Origin: Myxococcota bacterium
GTDB lineage: Bacteria; Myxococcota_A; UBA796; GCA-2862545
Length of the DNA: 46,753 nt
NCBI GenBank assembly: GCA_039208735.1
Contig: JBCCQY010000059.1
Span: 1 to 46,753, forward strand
Direction of reading: 5' to 3'
The position numbers were made by a program, and so were the translations under genes. The notes below the pieces were generated by a model that did not search any database, was not told the origin of the DNA, and was given only the letters and a program-made list of their open reading frames with translations. Below are positions 17,270-25,561 of the stretch, one piece after another (positions within the stretch are counted from its first letter, which is position 1; each line of letters opens with the position of its first letter).

Positions 17270-18820
17270 ATGGCCCTCATTGGCATCGACGACATCGCGA
17301 TGCACATTCCCCGTCTCTTCGTTGACATGCGAGATTTCGCCGCCCTTCGGTCACAAGACTACGACAAGCTCCGCAAGGGCCTGGGTCTTGAAGCGATGGC
17401 GATTCCCGATGCACACGAAGACACGGCCACGATGGGTGCCAACGCGGTCGCGCGGCTCATCGACCGCAACGCTCTTGATCCTAGCCGCATCGGTCGGCTC
17501 TACTTGGGAACCGAGTCGGCCCTCGATGGTTCGAAGCCGACCGCCACCTACATCCTCGAAATGCTCGAGATGCGATACGGACGTGGCGTGTTCCGCCATT
17601 GCGACGTGGTCGACATGACGTTTGCGTGCATCGGGGCGGTCGACGCGCTGCACAACACGCTGGACTGGGTTGCACGAGGCGGTCTCGACCAAGACCGCAT
17701 CGGCATCGTCGTCTTCGCCGACAACGCGAAGTATGATCTCGGCTCGACCGGGGAATATACGCAGGGCGCAGGCGGCGGCGCGATGCTCATTCGGCACCAC
17801 CCCCGACTGCTTGCGATCGAAGATCGGTTTGGCGTCTCCACCAAGCCGGTGCACGATTTCTTCAAGCCACGACGCGCCGTCGCCGTGCAGGAACTGCTTT
17901 CCGAAGCCCTCAAGCTGGCTCGCGAGGCCGGAGGCGACGTCAGCGACGACCTGGTTGACGCCATGATGGCCAAGCTCGGAGAGCGCACCACGGAGCGGTT
18001 CGGGCTCTTCAGCGACAGCCCCGTGGTGCAGGTGCACAAGGACACGCCCGTGTTCGACGGGCAGTTCTCCAATACGTGCTACCGCGAGGCGGTCAAAGAA
18101 GCGTTCGTCGACTTCCGTGAACAGGCGATGCGGGATGGCCGCTACGACCCTGCGGCGGACCCCGTGCTCACCGAACAGTGGGCGCGCATCCTGCTCCATC
18201 TGCCCTATGCGTTCCAAGGCAAGCGCATGTTCCCCGATGTGTTCCGTCACGAACGCCAGGGTCTGGCCATGTGGCAGGCGGTGGAAGCTGAAATTGGCCC
18301 GGCACCGGCCCGTCCCGGTGAAGACGCGTCCGAGGCGGACCGGCTCGAGGCGGAGCGTGCGATCGAAGGCTACCGGCGAAAAGTTTCGAAGACCGAGGCC
18401 TATCGCACATTCGTGACCGAACGCATCGAGAGGGGGCAGCGCGCATCGAGTCTGATCGGCAACCAGTACACCGGTTCGCTATTCTTGGCCTTGATGTCGA
18501 CGTTCGAGTCCGATCTGCAGGACGATACCGACCTGACAGGGAAACGGCTTGGCCTTTGCGGGTACGGCTCCGGCGCGAAAGCCAAGGTGTTCGAGGGCAT
18601 CGTTCAGCCCCAGTGGCGCGACGTGGCAACGCAATTCCGCCTCTTTGAGCGGCTGCAGTCGCGCCAGGCCATCGGCACGGACCTCTACGAGGACCTGCAC
18701 CGCGGCCACCGGACCGACAGCGTGCGGGCCCCTGACGGCGAGTTCGTGCTGGCGGGCATCGACCGGGGCGGGGTCCGAGAGGGCGCACGCCGCTACGCCT
18801 GGATCGACGGCACGGTGTAG
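17270..18820 (+). CDS. mvaS: Hydroxymethylglutaryl-CoA synthase family protein
   Basis: GIDDI, GTESALDGSK (catalytic Glu), FACIG (Cys), GEYTQGAGG, HLPY (His), GNQYTGS and GYGSG. GGAGGAGG SD. Confidence 0.9.
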   Translation: MALIGIDDIAMHIPRLFVDMRDFAALRSQDYDKLRKGLGLEAMAIPDAHEDTATMGANAVARLIDRNALDPSRIGRLYLGTESALDGSKPTATYILEMLEMRYGRGVFRHCDVVDMTFACIGAVDALHNTLDWVARGGLDQDRIGIVVFADNAKYDLGSTGEYTQGAGGGAMLIRHHPRLLAIEDRFGVSTKPVHDFFKPRRAVAVQELLSEALKLAREAGGDVSDDLVDAMMAKLGERTTERFGLFSDSPVVQVHKDTPVFDGQFSNTCYREAVKEAFVDFREQAMRDGRYDPAADPVLTEQWARILLHLPYAFQGKRMFPDVFRHERQGLAMWQAVEAEIGPAPARPGEDASEADRLEAERAIEGYRRKVSKTEAYRTFVTERIERGQRASSLIGNQYTGSLFLALMSTFESDLQDDTDLTGKRLGLCGYGSGAKAKVFEGIVQPQWRDVATQFRLFERLQSRQAIGTDLYEDLHRGHRTDSVRAPDGEFVLAGIDRGGVREGARRYAWIDGTV

Positions 18821-18824
18821 GCTG

Positions 18825-18845
18825 CCGGGGTTTCAACCACCCCGG
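18825..18845 (+). terminator. Intergenic hairpin after the HMG-CoA synthase gene
   Basis: CCGGGGT-7nt-ACCCCGG; no U-tract, so it may be an mRNA-stabilising stem. Confidence 0.35.
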
Positions 18846-18852
18846 AGGCCCC

Positions 18853-20691
18853 GTGGCCACCCACGATTCCTCGATTCCAGCGCGCACCCGGGCCTTGCGC
18901 GGCTACGGGTCACTGACGATCAAGCCGCTTTCACCCGACATTGCCGTCGAGCGCGATGTGGTCATTCAGCTGCGCGACGGCACCGCGGTCCGCGCCAACC
19001 TCTTTCGGCCCGCCCGGGTGATGGCCCCGTTGCCCGTGCTCGTCCACTGCGTGCCATACGGCAAGGACGACACGCCGAAGCGAGGTTCGCTCTGGGATCG
19101 CTGGAATCCTCAGTACCGGCTGATGCGAACCGTGCTCGGCGGCGACATTGGCGAACTCACGCTTTCGGAGGCCACGCCTTGGGAAGCCATCGACCCCAAC
19201 GTGTGGTGCGCGAAGGGCTACATCGTCGTGGCCTGCGATTCGCGAGGCTTTGGCAAAAGTGATGTGGCCGGCAAGGGTTCGCGTCGCCCAGATGCTCCGC
19301 CCGCTACGCTCGTCACCCCCCAGGAAGCGCAGGACTTCCACGACGTGGTCGAATGGTGCGCAGCCCAGCCGTTCTGCAACGGGAGGGTCGGCTCGATCGG
19401 CGTAAGCTACCTCGCAATAAGCCAATGGGCGATGCTCGGTTGGGCCCAGCCACCGTCGTTGAAGGCCGCGGTCCTGTGGGAAGGGGTCGTCAACCTGTTG
19501 CGACACCTGTTCAACCAGGGCGGCGCAGGGCCCTCGCGCTTCGCCCAACTCTGGACCCGAGCCACCCGACGCCTCGCGCGCGGTGGCACCCGTAACTTCG
19601 GCCAGGACCTGCTCGGCGAGCTGGATGCGATGGCCGAAGCCCGCGGCACCTATCGCGTCACCCCCACTATGGCGGCGATGAACCCCCCGATCGAGCGGAT
19701 CGACCCCGACCGGACCGCACTCCTGATCTGCGGAAGCTGGAGCGACCAGGGCATCCACAATCCCGGCACGTTTTGGGGCTGGCGGCGCGTGGTCGGACCT
19801 AAGGGCGCTCGCCCCCACACCTTCCTCGTGACGCACGGACGTCGCAAATGGGAGGCGTTCTACGATTGGGCAGAGCCCATCTTGACACGGTTCCTCGACC
19901 ACTATCTAAAGGAGTCGAATCCCGAAGGGGAACCCGCCTTGCCCCGCGTTCGTCTCGAGTTGCGCGACGATGAGACGAAAAGCTGGGTTCGCGATGAAGC
20001 GGCGTTCCCCCCAGCTCGGACCGTTCCTACCCCCATCTCCTTCAATCCGGCCATGCTGGCACCGGGTCGGCGACGCACCCTCGACGGGGCCACGGTGGTC
20101 TTCGACGCCAGGCTCGGCGAGGCCGTGTTTGTGTACACGTTCACCGAAGACACCGAAGTGTGCGGGTTCGCTCGGCTGACGCTGCACGTCTCCCTCGACG
20201 ATCCCAAAGCAGAGTGCGACGACGCCATCGTCGTGGCCCAGCTTCACAAGGTGGTCCCAGGCGAAAAGGGCGAGATGCGACGGGTCGCTTTTCCGGGCGT
20301 CATGGGCGACCGCCACGAAGGGGTGAGCCGCGGGTACCTGCGCCTTTCCCATCACGTCGGTCACGATGAAGCATTGAGCACCGCGTTGCAACCTCACAAT
20401 CGCCACGATCGGGCCGAGCCCCTTCAGCAGAATCAGATCGTGACCGCCCGCATCGCTCTCAATCCGAGCGCGACCCGCTTTCGCCAAGGCGATGAACTGC
20501 ACGTCATCATCACCGGCAAAGAGACGGCCTCGACCCCCATGCTCAAACGGCTTCATCTCGATGACGTAAATGAAAAGGGACTGCGCCTCCGCATCTACCT
20601 CGACGATGGCCGAGCGCCCGTGCTGGCGCTCCCCGTTCTGCCGGACGATGGTCGACAAAGGCAACTCGTGCTCGACCACAATCCGACATGA
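18853..20691 (+). CDS. CocE/NonD family hydrolase (peptidase S15 fold)
   Basis: LRDG..VRANLFRP, PYGKD, DSRGFGKS, nucleophile elbow GVSYLA, WSDQGIH and a C-terminal jelly-roll region. Confidence 0.9.
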   Translation: MATHDSSIPARTRALRGYGSLTIKPLSPDIAVERDVVIQLRDGTAVRANLFRPARVMAPLPVLVHCVPYGKDDTPKRGSLWDRWNPQYRLMRTVLGGDIGELTLSEATPWEAIDPNVWCAKGYIVVACDSRGFGKSDVAGKGSRRPDAPPATLVTPQEAQDFHDVVEWCAAQPFCNGRVGSIGVSYLAISQWAMLGWAQPPSLKAAVLWEGVVNLLRHLFNQGGAGPSRFAQLWTRATRRLARGGTRNFGQDLLGELDAMAEARGTYRVTPTMAAMNPPIERIDPDRTALLICGSWSDQGIHNPGTFWGWRRVVGPKGARPHTFLVTHGRRKWEAFYDWAEPILTRFLDHYLKESNPEGEPALPRVRLELRDDETKSWVRDEAAFPPARTVPTPISFNPAMLAPGRRRTLDGATVVFDARLGEAVFVYTFTEDTEVCGFARLTLHVSLDDPKAECDDAIVVAQLHKVVPGEKGEMRRVAFPGVMGDRHEGVSRGYLRLSHHVGHDEALSTALQPHNRHDRAEPLQQNQIVTARIALNPSATRFRQGDELHVIITGKETASTPMLKRLHLDDVNEKGLRLRIYLDDGRAPVLALPVLPDDGRQRQLVLDHNPT

Positions 20692-20701
20692 GGGAGACCG
20701 C

Positions 20702-21262
20702 ATGGCCGCACCCGTCCTCGAAACGAGACGGCTCCGTCTTGAACCCGTCGAACTGCGTCATGCGCCCGATCTTCAACGGCACTTCAACGACTGGGAGATC
20801 ATCCGAAACCTCGCGACGTCGGTGCCTTGGCCCTACCCCGACAACGGAGTGGTCACCTTCTTTGAAGGCAACCTGCTGCCGCGCATCGCCAACGGAACGA
20901 CCTACGCGTGGGCCCTGGTGCTCCGAGACACCAACGAGGGCATCGGCCTTCTCGAATGGCGTTTCGATGACGGGCCTGCCGGCCACCGCGGCTTCTGGAT
21001 CGGCCGCGCACACCAGCGCCAGGGACTCATGACCGAGGCGGTCACCGCGTTGCAAGACTATGCGTTCATCGAGTGTGGATTCGAACGCATGGTCGTGCTC
21101 AACGCCGCCGTCAACACGGCCTCACGACGCATCAAGGAAAAGACGGGGGCCCGGTTGCTCGACACCGTCGAGCTTCCCCACCATTCCGGTGCATCCGAGA
21201 CGCAACGGTGGGAAATCACCCGCGAAGGCTGGATCGCATTTCGCGCTCAGGACAAGTCATAG
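20702..21262 (+). CDS. GNAT family N-acetyltransferase (RimJ/RimL-like)
   Basis: LETRRLRL, GFWIGRAHQRQGLMTEA and NTASRRIKEKTG. GAGGGAG SD. Confidence 0.92.
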   Translation: MAAPVLETRRLRLEPVELRHAPDLQRHFNDWEIIRNLATSVPWPYPDNGVVTFFEGNLLPRIANGTTYAWALVLRDTNEGIGLLEWRFDDGPAGHRGFWIGRAHQRQGLMTEAVTALQDYAFIECGFERMVVLNAAVNTASRRIKEKTGARLLDTVELPHHSGASETQRWEITREGWIAFRAQDKS

Positions 21263-21948
21263 GTCAGTCGCTCGTCCGCCACGAACCCCAGGTACCCCTG
21301 CAAATCGGGCAACAGATGGTTGAGCGGTCCCTCGTTGTACGCCCAGAGGGCTCGCGGCAGCGTCGTGCCCCCGATCTTCAGGTCGAAGTAGGTGGCCAGG
21401 CCCTTATAGGGGCACCAGGTGGTGGGGGCATCGGCACTCGGCGTCACGCTTCCCGCAGGAAACGCGGTGGCCGCGACATAAACGCGCATCGGCAGCGGTG
21501 CTTCCAACACCAGCCGAGCATCGGGGGTCTCGAGCAGCGGAGCCCCTTCGAACGAGACCTTCACGGCGCCGTCCAGCCGTCGCACATCCACCCGGTGGTG
21601 GGGGTTTCGCGCGTGAGCCGTGGTGGGCTGGCCTTCTTCCGTCCACGTCAGTTCGCCTGGGGCCCAGCGTGCCCGCACGTCAAAGAGGTTCACCGGGTCG
21701 AGCTGGACAAAGCCGGGTTGGTCCGCGTAACGGCGCCCTCGCGTCGTGAGGACCTCACCATCCACCACCACCAACACGTGATCGGGTCGGTCCGGGTCGT
21801 CGCGCAGCTCAGCATCCACCGCGGACTCGGGCAGCAGGTAGAACGAGCTACCTCCGGTTTCGTAGGCGACGAGCGCTTCACGGGTATCGACGAACGTGCG
21901 GTCGCCGCGCGAAACGCGGATGCGGCTAGGGTGGGACTGGGTCTTCAT
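21247..21948 (-). CDS. DUF427 domain protein (tandem, first copy degenerate)
   Basis: RNPHHRVDV...LVLEAPLPMRVY...TWCPYKGLATYF...WAY. Confidence 0.8.
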   Translation of the reverse strand: MKTQSHPSRIRVSRGDRTFVDTREALVAYETGGSSFYLLPESAVDAELRDDPDRPDHVLVVVDGEVLTTRGRRYADQPGFVQLDPVNLFDVRARWAPGELTWTEEGQPTTAHARNPHHRVDVRRLDGAVKVSFEGAPLLETPDARLVLEAPLPMRVYVAATAFPAGSVTPSADAPTTWCPYKGLATYFDLKIGGTTLPRALWAYNEGPLNHLLPDLQGYLGFVADERLTYDLS

Positions 21949-21976
21949 GGCGCCTCATAGCGTGGGCGTTCTACCG

Positions 21977-23008
21977 TCACCGAGGCCGGGACCCCCGCTC
22001 CGAGAGGAACGTGAGGCGAGCGGGCTCTGCGCCCATGCCAAAAAGCGTCACGCTTTGCAGCTGGTCTTCGAACGCTTCAGGATCGACGACGTGCAGGATC
22101 TGCCCACTCCCTTCGACCGAGACGGGGTAGCGATCGGTCAGGAGCGGAGCCACCGTTTCGGCAGGGAGGTCGAAGAACACGGTCAAACCCGTCAACCGGT
22201 CCGCTTCAAACACGGCCGATACGGCATGGACAGGGCCAAGATCTGCCGTCACGGGCAGTCCTCCACACTTGGAGGTGCGGCCGGCGTCGAACCACTCCCG
22301 CACCACCTCGGGTTCCACCGACCAGTCATAGGCATCGACCGCGTGTCCGGCTTCGAGACAGGCGGACCGAAAAGCCTTCCGAGAGCTTCCAAACGCTACG
22401 CCCCATACGCCGCTCCCCGCTCGCGGCAGCGCCCCCTCCGATTCGAGGACGGTGTTGGCCGGCAGGGCCGGTTCGGCAGCGTAGACCCTCGAGGCAAGCG
22501 GACCATCGCAAATCGCGGGGTCAGGAGCCTGGCAGGTGATGGCCCGCACCACCAAGTTGTGATCCGGATCGACGATGAGCAACGCGCAGGTTTGGTCGAC
22601 CGCTTCGGGCGACATCGATCGCATGCACAGCTCCCGACCTCCATCCCGCTCGGTGGCCTCAAAAACGGCGGCTTCGTCCGTCTGAGCGCGAAGGGTTGCC
22701 TCCACCGTGTCCCACACCTCGGCGACCGTTCTCCCGTACCGCGGGGCAGAGGCTTCGACGCTCCGCTGCACCTGGACCCGCCCCGCCGCCCCTCTCGGTC
22801 CACGACGTGCTCCATCCAGCACATGAACCTGCAACGGAGCGACCGCTTCGGCTAGCGCCTGACGTTCTTGTCGTTCGGACGACGACAGTTCCACAAAACC
22901 GGCTGGAAGCTGCGCCACCAGTCCAGGCACGGAAATCTCGGCGGCGGGGGTACTCCACCACTGGCAGCCCAACCCCTGAAGCATCACGACCGAATGAAGG
23001 AGCTTCAA
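21977..23008 (-). CDS. Hypothetical protein, possible lipoprotein
   Basis: Inferred TTG start giving MKLLHSVVMLQGLGC, with GAGG upstream. The longer ORF-track extension overlaps the MBL gene and is unlikely. Confidence 0.55.
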   Translation of the reverse strand: MKLLHSVVMLQGLGCQWWSTPAAEISVPGLVAQLPAGFVELSSSERQERQALAEAVAPLQVHVLDGARRGPRGAAGRVQVQRSVEASAPRYGRTVAEVWDTVEATLRAQTDEAAVFEATERDGGRELCMRSMSPEAVDQTCALLIVDPDHNLVVRAITCQAPDPAICDGPLASRVYAAEPALPANTVLESEGALPRAGSGVWGVAFGSSRKAFRSACLEAGHAVDAYDWSVEPEVVREWFDAGRTSKCGGLPVTADLGPVHAVSAVFEADRLTGLTVFFDLPAETVAPLLTDRYPVSVEGSGQILHVVDPEAFEDQLQSVTLFGMGAEPARLTFLSERGSRPR

Positions 23009-23146
23009 AGGAACCTCAGGGTTTGCTGAATCTCGAAGATAGCTCCTCGAAGGCTCACGTGCGCATCCCGGTCCATCGTGGAGCGGAGGGGAGCGCCAAC
23101 TTGGAGCGACCGGCGACCTCACCCACGCTGGATCCTGATCTCTCAA

Positions 23147-23162
23147 CGGCACGCGGCTTGCG
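23147..23162 (+). promoter_or_regulatory. Sigma54 (-24/-12) promoter
   Basis: CGGCACGCGGCTTGCG with GG(23148-49)-N10-GC(23160-61), 33 nt upstream of the MBL start. Confidence 0.75.
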
Positions 23163-23194
23163 TCGACACCGACCTCCACCACAAGGGAGGCCAC

Positions 23195-23986
23195 ATGCAC
23201 GTCAGATTTTGGGGGGTTCGAGGGAGCATTGCGGTAAGCGGCGGCGCATTTTCGCGCACGGGGGGCAACACCAGCTGTGTCGAACTCTTCCATGAGGGGC
23301 ATCGCATGGTTCTGGACGGAGGCACGGGGCTTCAGGAACTCGGGCGCACGCTCGCTGCGCCCGTCCGGTCGACAACCCTGCTGTTCTCGCACGTCCACTG
23401 GGACCACATTCAGGGCGTACCCTACTTTGCGCCAGCCTTCCGCCCGGGGAATCAGCTGCGGCTCGTGGGCGCTCCTGGGCTGAAGGAGGCGCTCATGCGT
23501 CAGATGTGTGCGCCGATGTTTCCCGTCGGCCTGGACGCCTTCCGGGCTGAACTGGCATGGCAAGATCTGGCCCCCGATACCGCCGTTCAGTTCGGGCCAT
23601 TCACCGTTCGCTCGACCGATGGCACCCATCCCAACGGGGTTCGCGCCTACCGAATCGAAGCGGGCGGCCGTGCCGTGGTCTATGCGACCGACGTCGAGCA
23701 TGGGTCAACCCTCGACCCGATGCTCGTCCGGCTCTCAGGCGACGCCGATCTGCTCATCCACGACGCTCAGTACACGCCGCAGGAGTACCCGAGCCATCGG
23801 GGGTGGGGGCACTCCACCTGGAATCAGGCCGTGGACGTCGCCGAGCGCGCCCATGTCGGGCAGCTGGCCCTGTTTCACCACGACCCCGCGCGCACCGACG
23901 CAGCCTTGGCTGAGATCGAGGTTCAAGCCGCCCAGCGACGGCGCGGCACCTTTGCTGCCCGGGAGGGCCGTCGGGTCGCCCTTTGA
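23195..23986 (+). CDS. Metallo-beta-lactamase-fold hydrolase (phosphodiesterase-like)
   Basis: FWGVRGS, GGNTSC, LDGGTG, SHVHWDHIQG (HxHxDH), YATDVE, GWGHS and LFHHDP. GGAGG SD. Confidence 0.92.
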   Translation: MHVRFWGVRGSIAVSGGAFSRTGGNTSCVELFHEGHRMVLDGGTGLQELGRTLAAPVRSTTLLFSHVHWDHIQGVPYFAPAFRPGNQLRLVGAPGLKEALMRQMCAPMFPVGLDAFRAELAWQDLAPDTAVQFGPFTVRSTDGTHPNGVRAYRIEAGGRAVVYATDVEHGSTLDPMLVRLSGDADLLIHDAQYTPQEYPSHRGWGHSTWNQAVDVAERAHVGQLALFHHDPARTDAALAEIEVQAAQRRRGTFAAREGRRVAL

Positions 23987-25482
23987 CCCGGCGTACAGCC
24001 CCGCCTACTGTCGATCCCAGATTCGCCCTGGAGCCCTTCGCGATGTCGGCCCGTTGGTTTGAAGCGCTGCGCCTCCGTCTCGCAGACCGCCAAATCGACG
24101 TGGGCGAAGTGCTCCGGACCGTGGTGGACGGCGTTGCAGCGGCCATGGGCGCCGAGCGAGCGACGCTGTACCTCCATGATCCGTCCACCGGCGAATTGGT
24201 AAGCCGAGCCGCGCACCTTCCCGAGATCCCAGAGATCCGGCTGCGTCGGGGCGAGGGCATCGCGGGATGGGTAGCGCGCACACGCCGTCCGATGGTGGTT
24301 CGCCGAGAGCAACCGGATCCACGATGGAGCGATCGGATCGACGCGACCACCGGCTACCACACACAAAGCATGCTTTGTGCACCGGTTCTCACCGAAACGA
24401 ACCTTATCGGCGTGATCCAGGTGCTTAACAAACCCGTCGGCGACTTCGGCGAAGACGACCTCGAACGCCTCGAACACATGGCTGGTGACCTGGCTGACCT
24501 TCTCGATGCCCCTTCGCTGCGTCGTGAGCTTGCGTCGGACGCCCCGATGGCCCTTGGCTCCGACTTCGTCGTGGGGTCATCGCTTCTCATCCAACAGGTG
24601 TACGAACGCCTTTCGCGAGCTGCCGCGAGCGACGCGACCGTGCTCGTGCGGGGGGAGACCGGAACGGGCAAGTCGCTTCTGGCTCGGGCCATCCACGACC
24701 ACTCCCCCAGGCGAGACGGACCGCTGGTCCAGGTCGACTGTGCGGCTCTGCCAGCCTCGCTCATCGAAAACGAGTTGTTCGGTCACGAGCGGGGCGCGTA
24801 CACGGGGGCTCGCGAAGCGACGGAAGGCCAAGTCGCGGCCGCCGAAGGCGGAACCTTGTTCCTCGATGAAATCGGCGACCTTCCCCTCGACGTCCAAGGC
24901 AAACTGCTCCGACTGCTCGAAGAGCGCACCTATCTCCGCGTGGGCGGCAGCAAGGCCCGACAGGCCTCGGTCCGCTTCGTGTGTGCGACCCACACCGACC
25001 TTGAACAACGCATGGCCGAGGGCGCCTTCCGGTCCGACCTCTACTACCGAATCCGGGTCGTCGAACTCGAGGTTCCCCCCCTTCGCGACCGTGGCCAAGC
25101 CGACCTCGACCGGCTCGTGGACCACTTTGTGTTCGAGAGCGGGCGGCGACACGGGCGAACCATGACCTTGAGCCCAGAAGCCCGATCCGCCTTGCACACC
25201 TGGTCCTGGCCGGGAAACGTTCGCGAACTTGAGCACTGCATTGAGTCCGCCGTGTTGATGGCTCGAAGTCCCACCCTCGCGGCCGATGATCTGCCCCTTC
25301 GCCGAACCGTGGGGTTGCCCCGAGTCGATGAACCGGAGTGGTTCGTGGCCCAAGGCGGCACGCTGCGGGACATCGAACGGGCCTATTGTCGACACGTGCT
25401 GGAGCTGTGCAACGGCAACCGAACGCAAGCCGCCCAGCGCCTTGGGATCGGGCGAAACACCCTGGCTCGGAAGCTGGCGTAA
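23983..25482 (+). CDS. Sigma54-dependent Fis-family activator with an N-terminal GAF domain
   Basis: GAF motifs DATTGYHTQSMLCAP and VLNK...F; Walker [37 protein letters not shown] and a C-terminal HTH. TTG start overlaps the MBL stop; ATG 24043 is an alternative. Confidence 0.93.
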   Translation: MTRRTAPPTVDPRFALEPFAMSARWFEALRLRLADRQIDVGEVLRTVVDGVAAAMGAERATLYLHDPSTGELVSRAAHLPEIPEIRLRRGEGIAGWVARTRRPMVVRREQPDPRWSDRIDATTGYHTQSMLCAPVLTETNLIGVIQVLNKPVGDFGEDDLERLEHMAGDLADLLDAPSLRRELASDAPMALGSDFVVGSSLLIQQVYERLSRAAASDATVLVRGETGTGKSLLARAIHDHSPRRDGPLVQVDCAALPASLIENELFGHERGAYTGAREATEGQVAAAEGGTLFLDEIGDLPLDVQGKLLRLLEERTYLRVGGSKARQASVRFVCATHTDLEQRMAEGAFRSDLYYRIRVVELEVPPLRDRGQADLDRLVDHFVFESGRRHGRTMTLSPEARSALHTWSWPGNVRELEHCIESAVLMARSPTLAADDLPLRRTVGLPRVDEPEWFVAQGGTLRDIERAYCRHVLELCNGNRTQAAQRLGIGRNTLARKLA

Positions 25483-25487
25483 ACAAA

Positions 25488-25514
25488 GAGGCGACCCTCA
25501 GAAAGGGTCGCCTC
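25488..25514 (-). terminator. Rho-independent terminator between convergent genes
   Basis: GAGGCGACCCT-CAGAA-AGGGTCGCCTC 11-bp perfect stem; adjacent AAACAAA gives a U-rich tail on the minus strand. Confidence 0.8.
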
Positions 25515-25561
25515 GACAGCGGATTCCCCGCCGCAGTCACGGCGAGGAGAAGCGCTAGGAC

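Noticed and set aside
21073..22855. Plus-strand ORFs of 295 aa and 319 aa
   Set aside because: Antisense to the DUF427 and putative lipoprotein genes, with Arg/His-rich shadow composition.
23009..23701. N-terminal extension of the 574-aa minus-strand ORF overlapping the MBL gene
   Set aside because: It covers a sigma54 promoter and a well-supported opposite-strand gene; a signal-like start exists at 23008.
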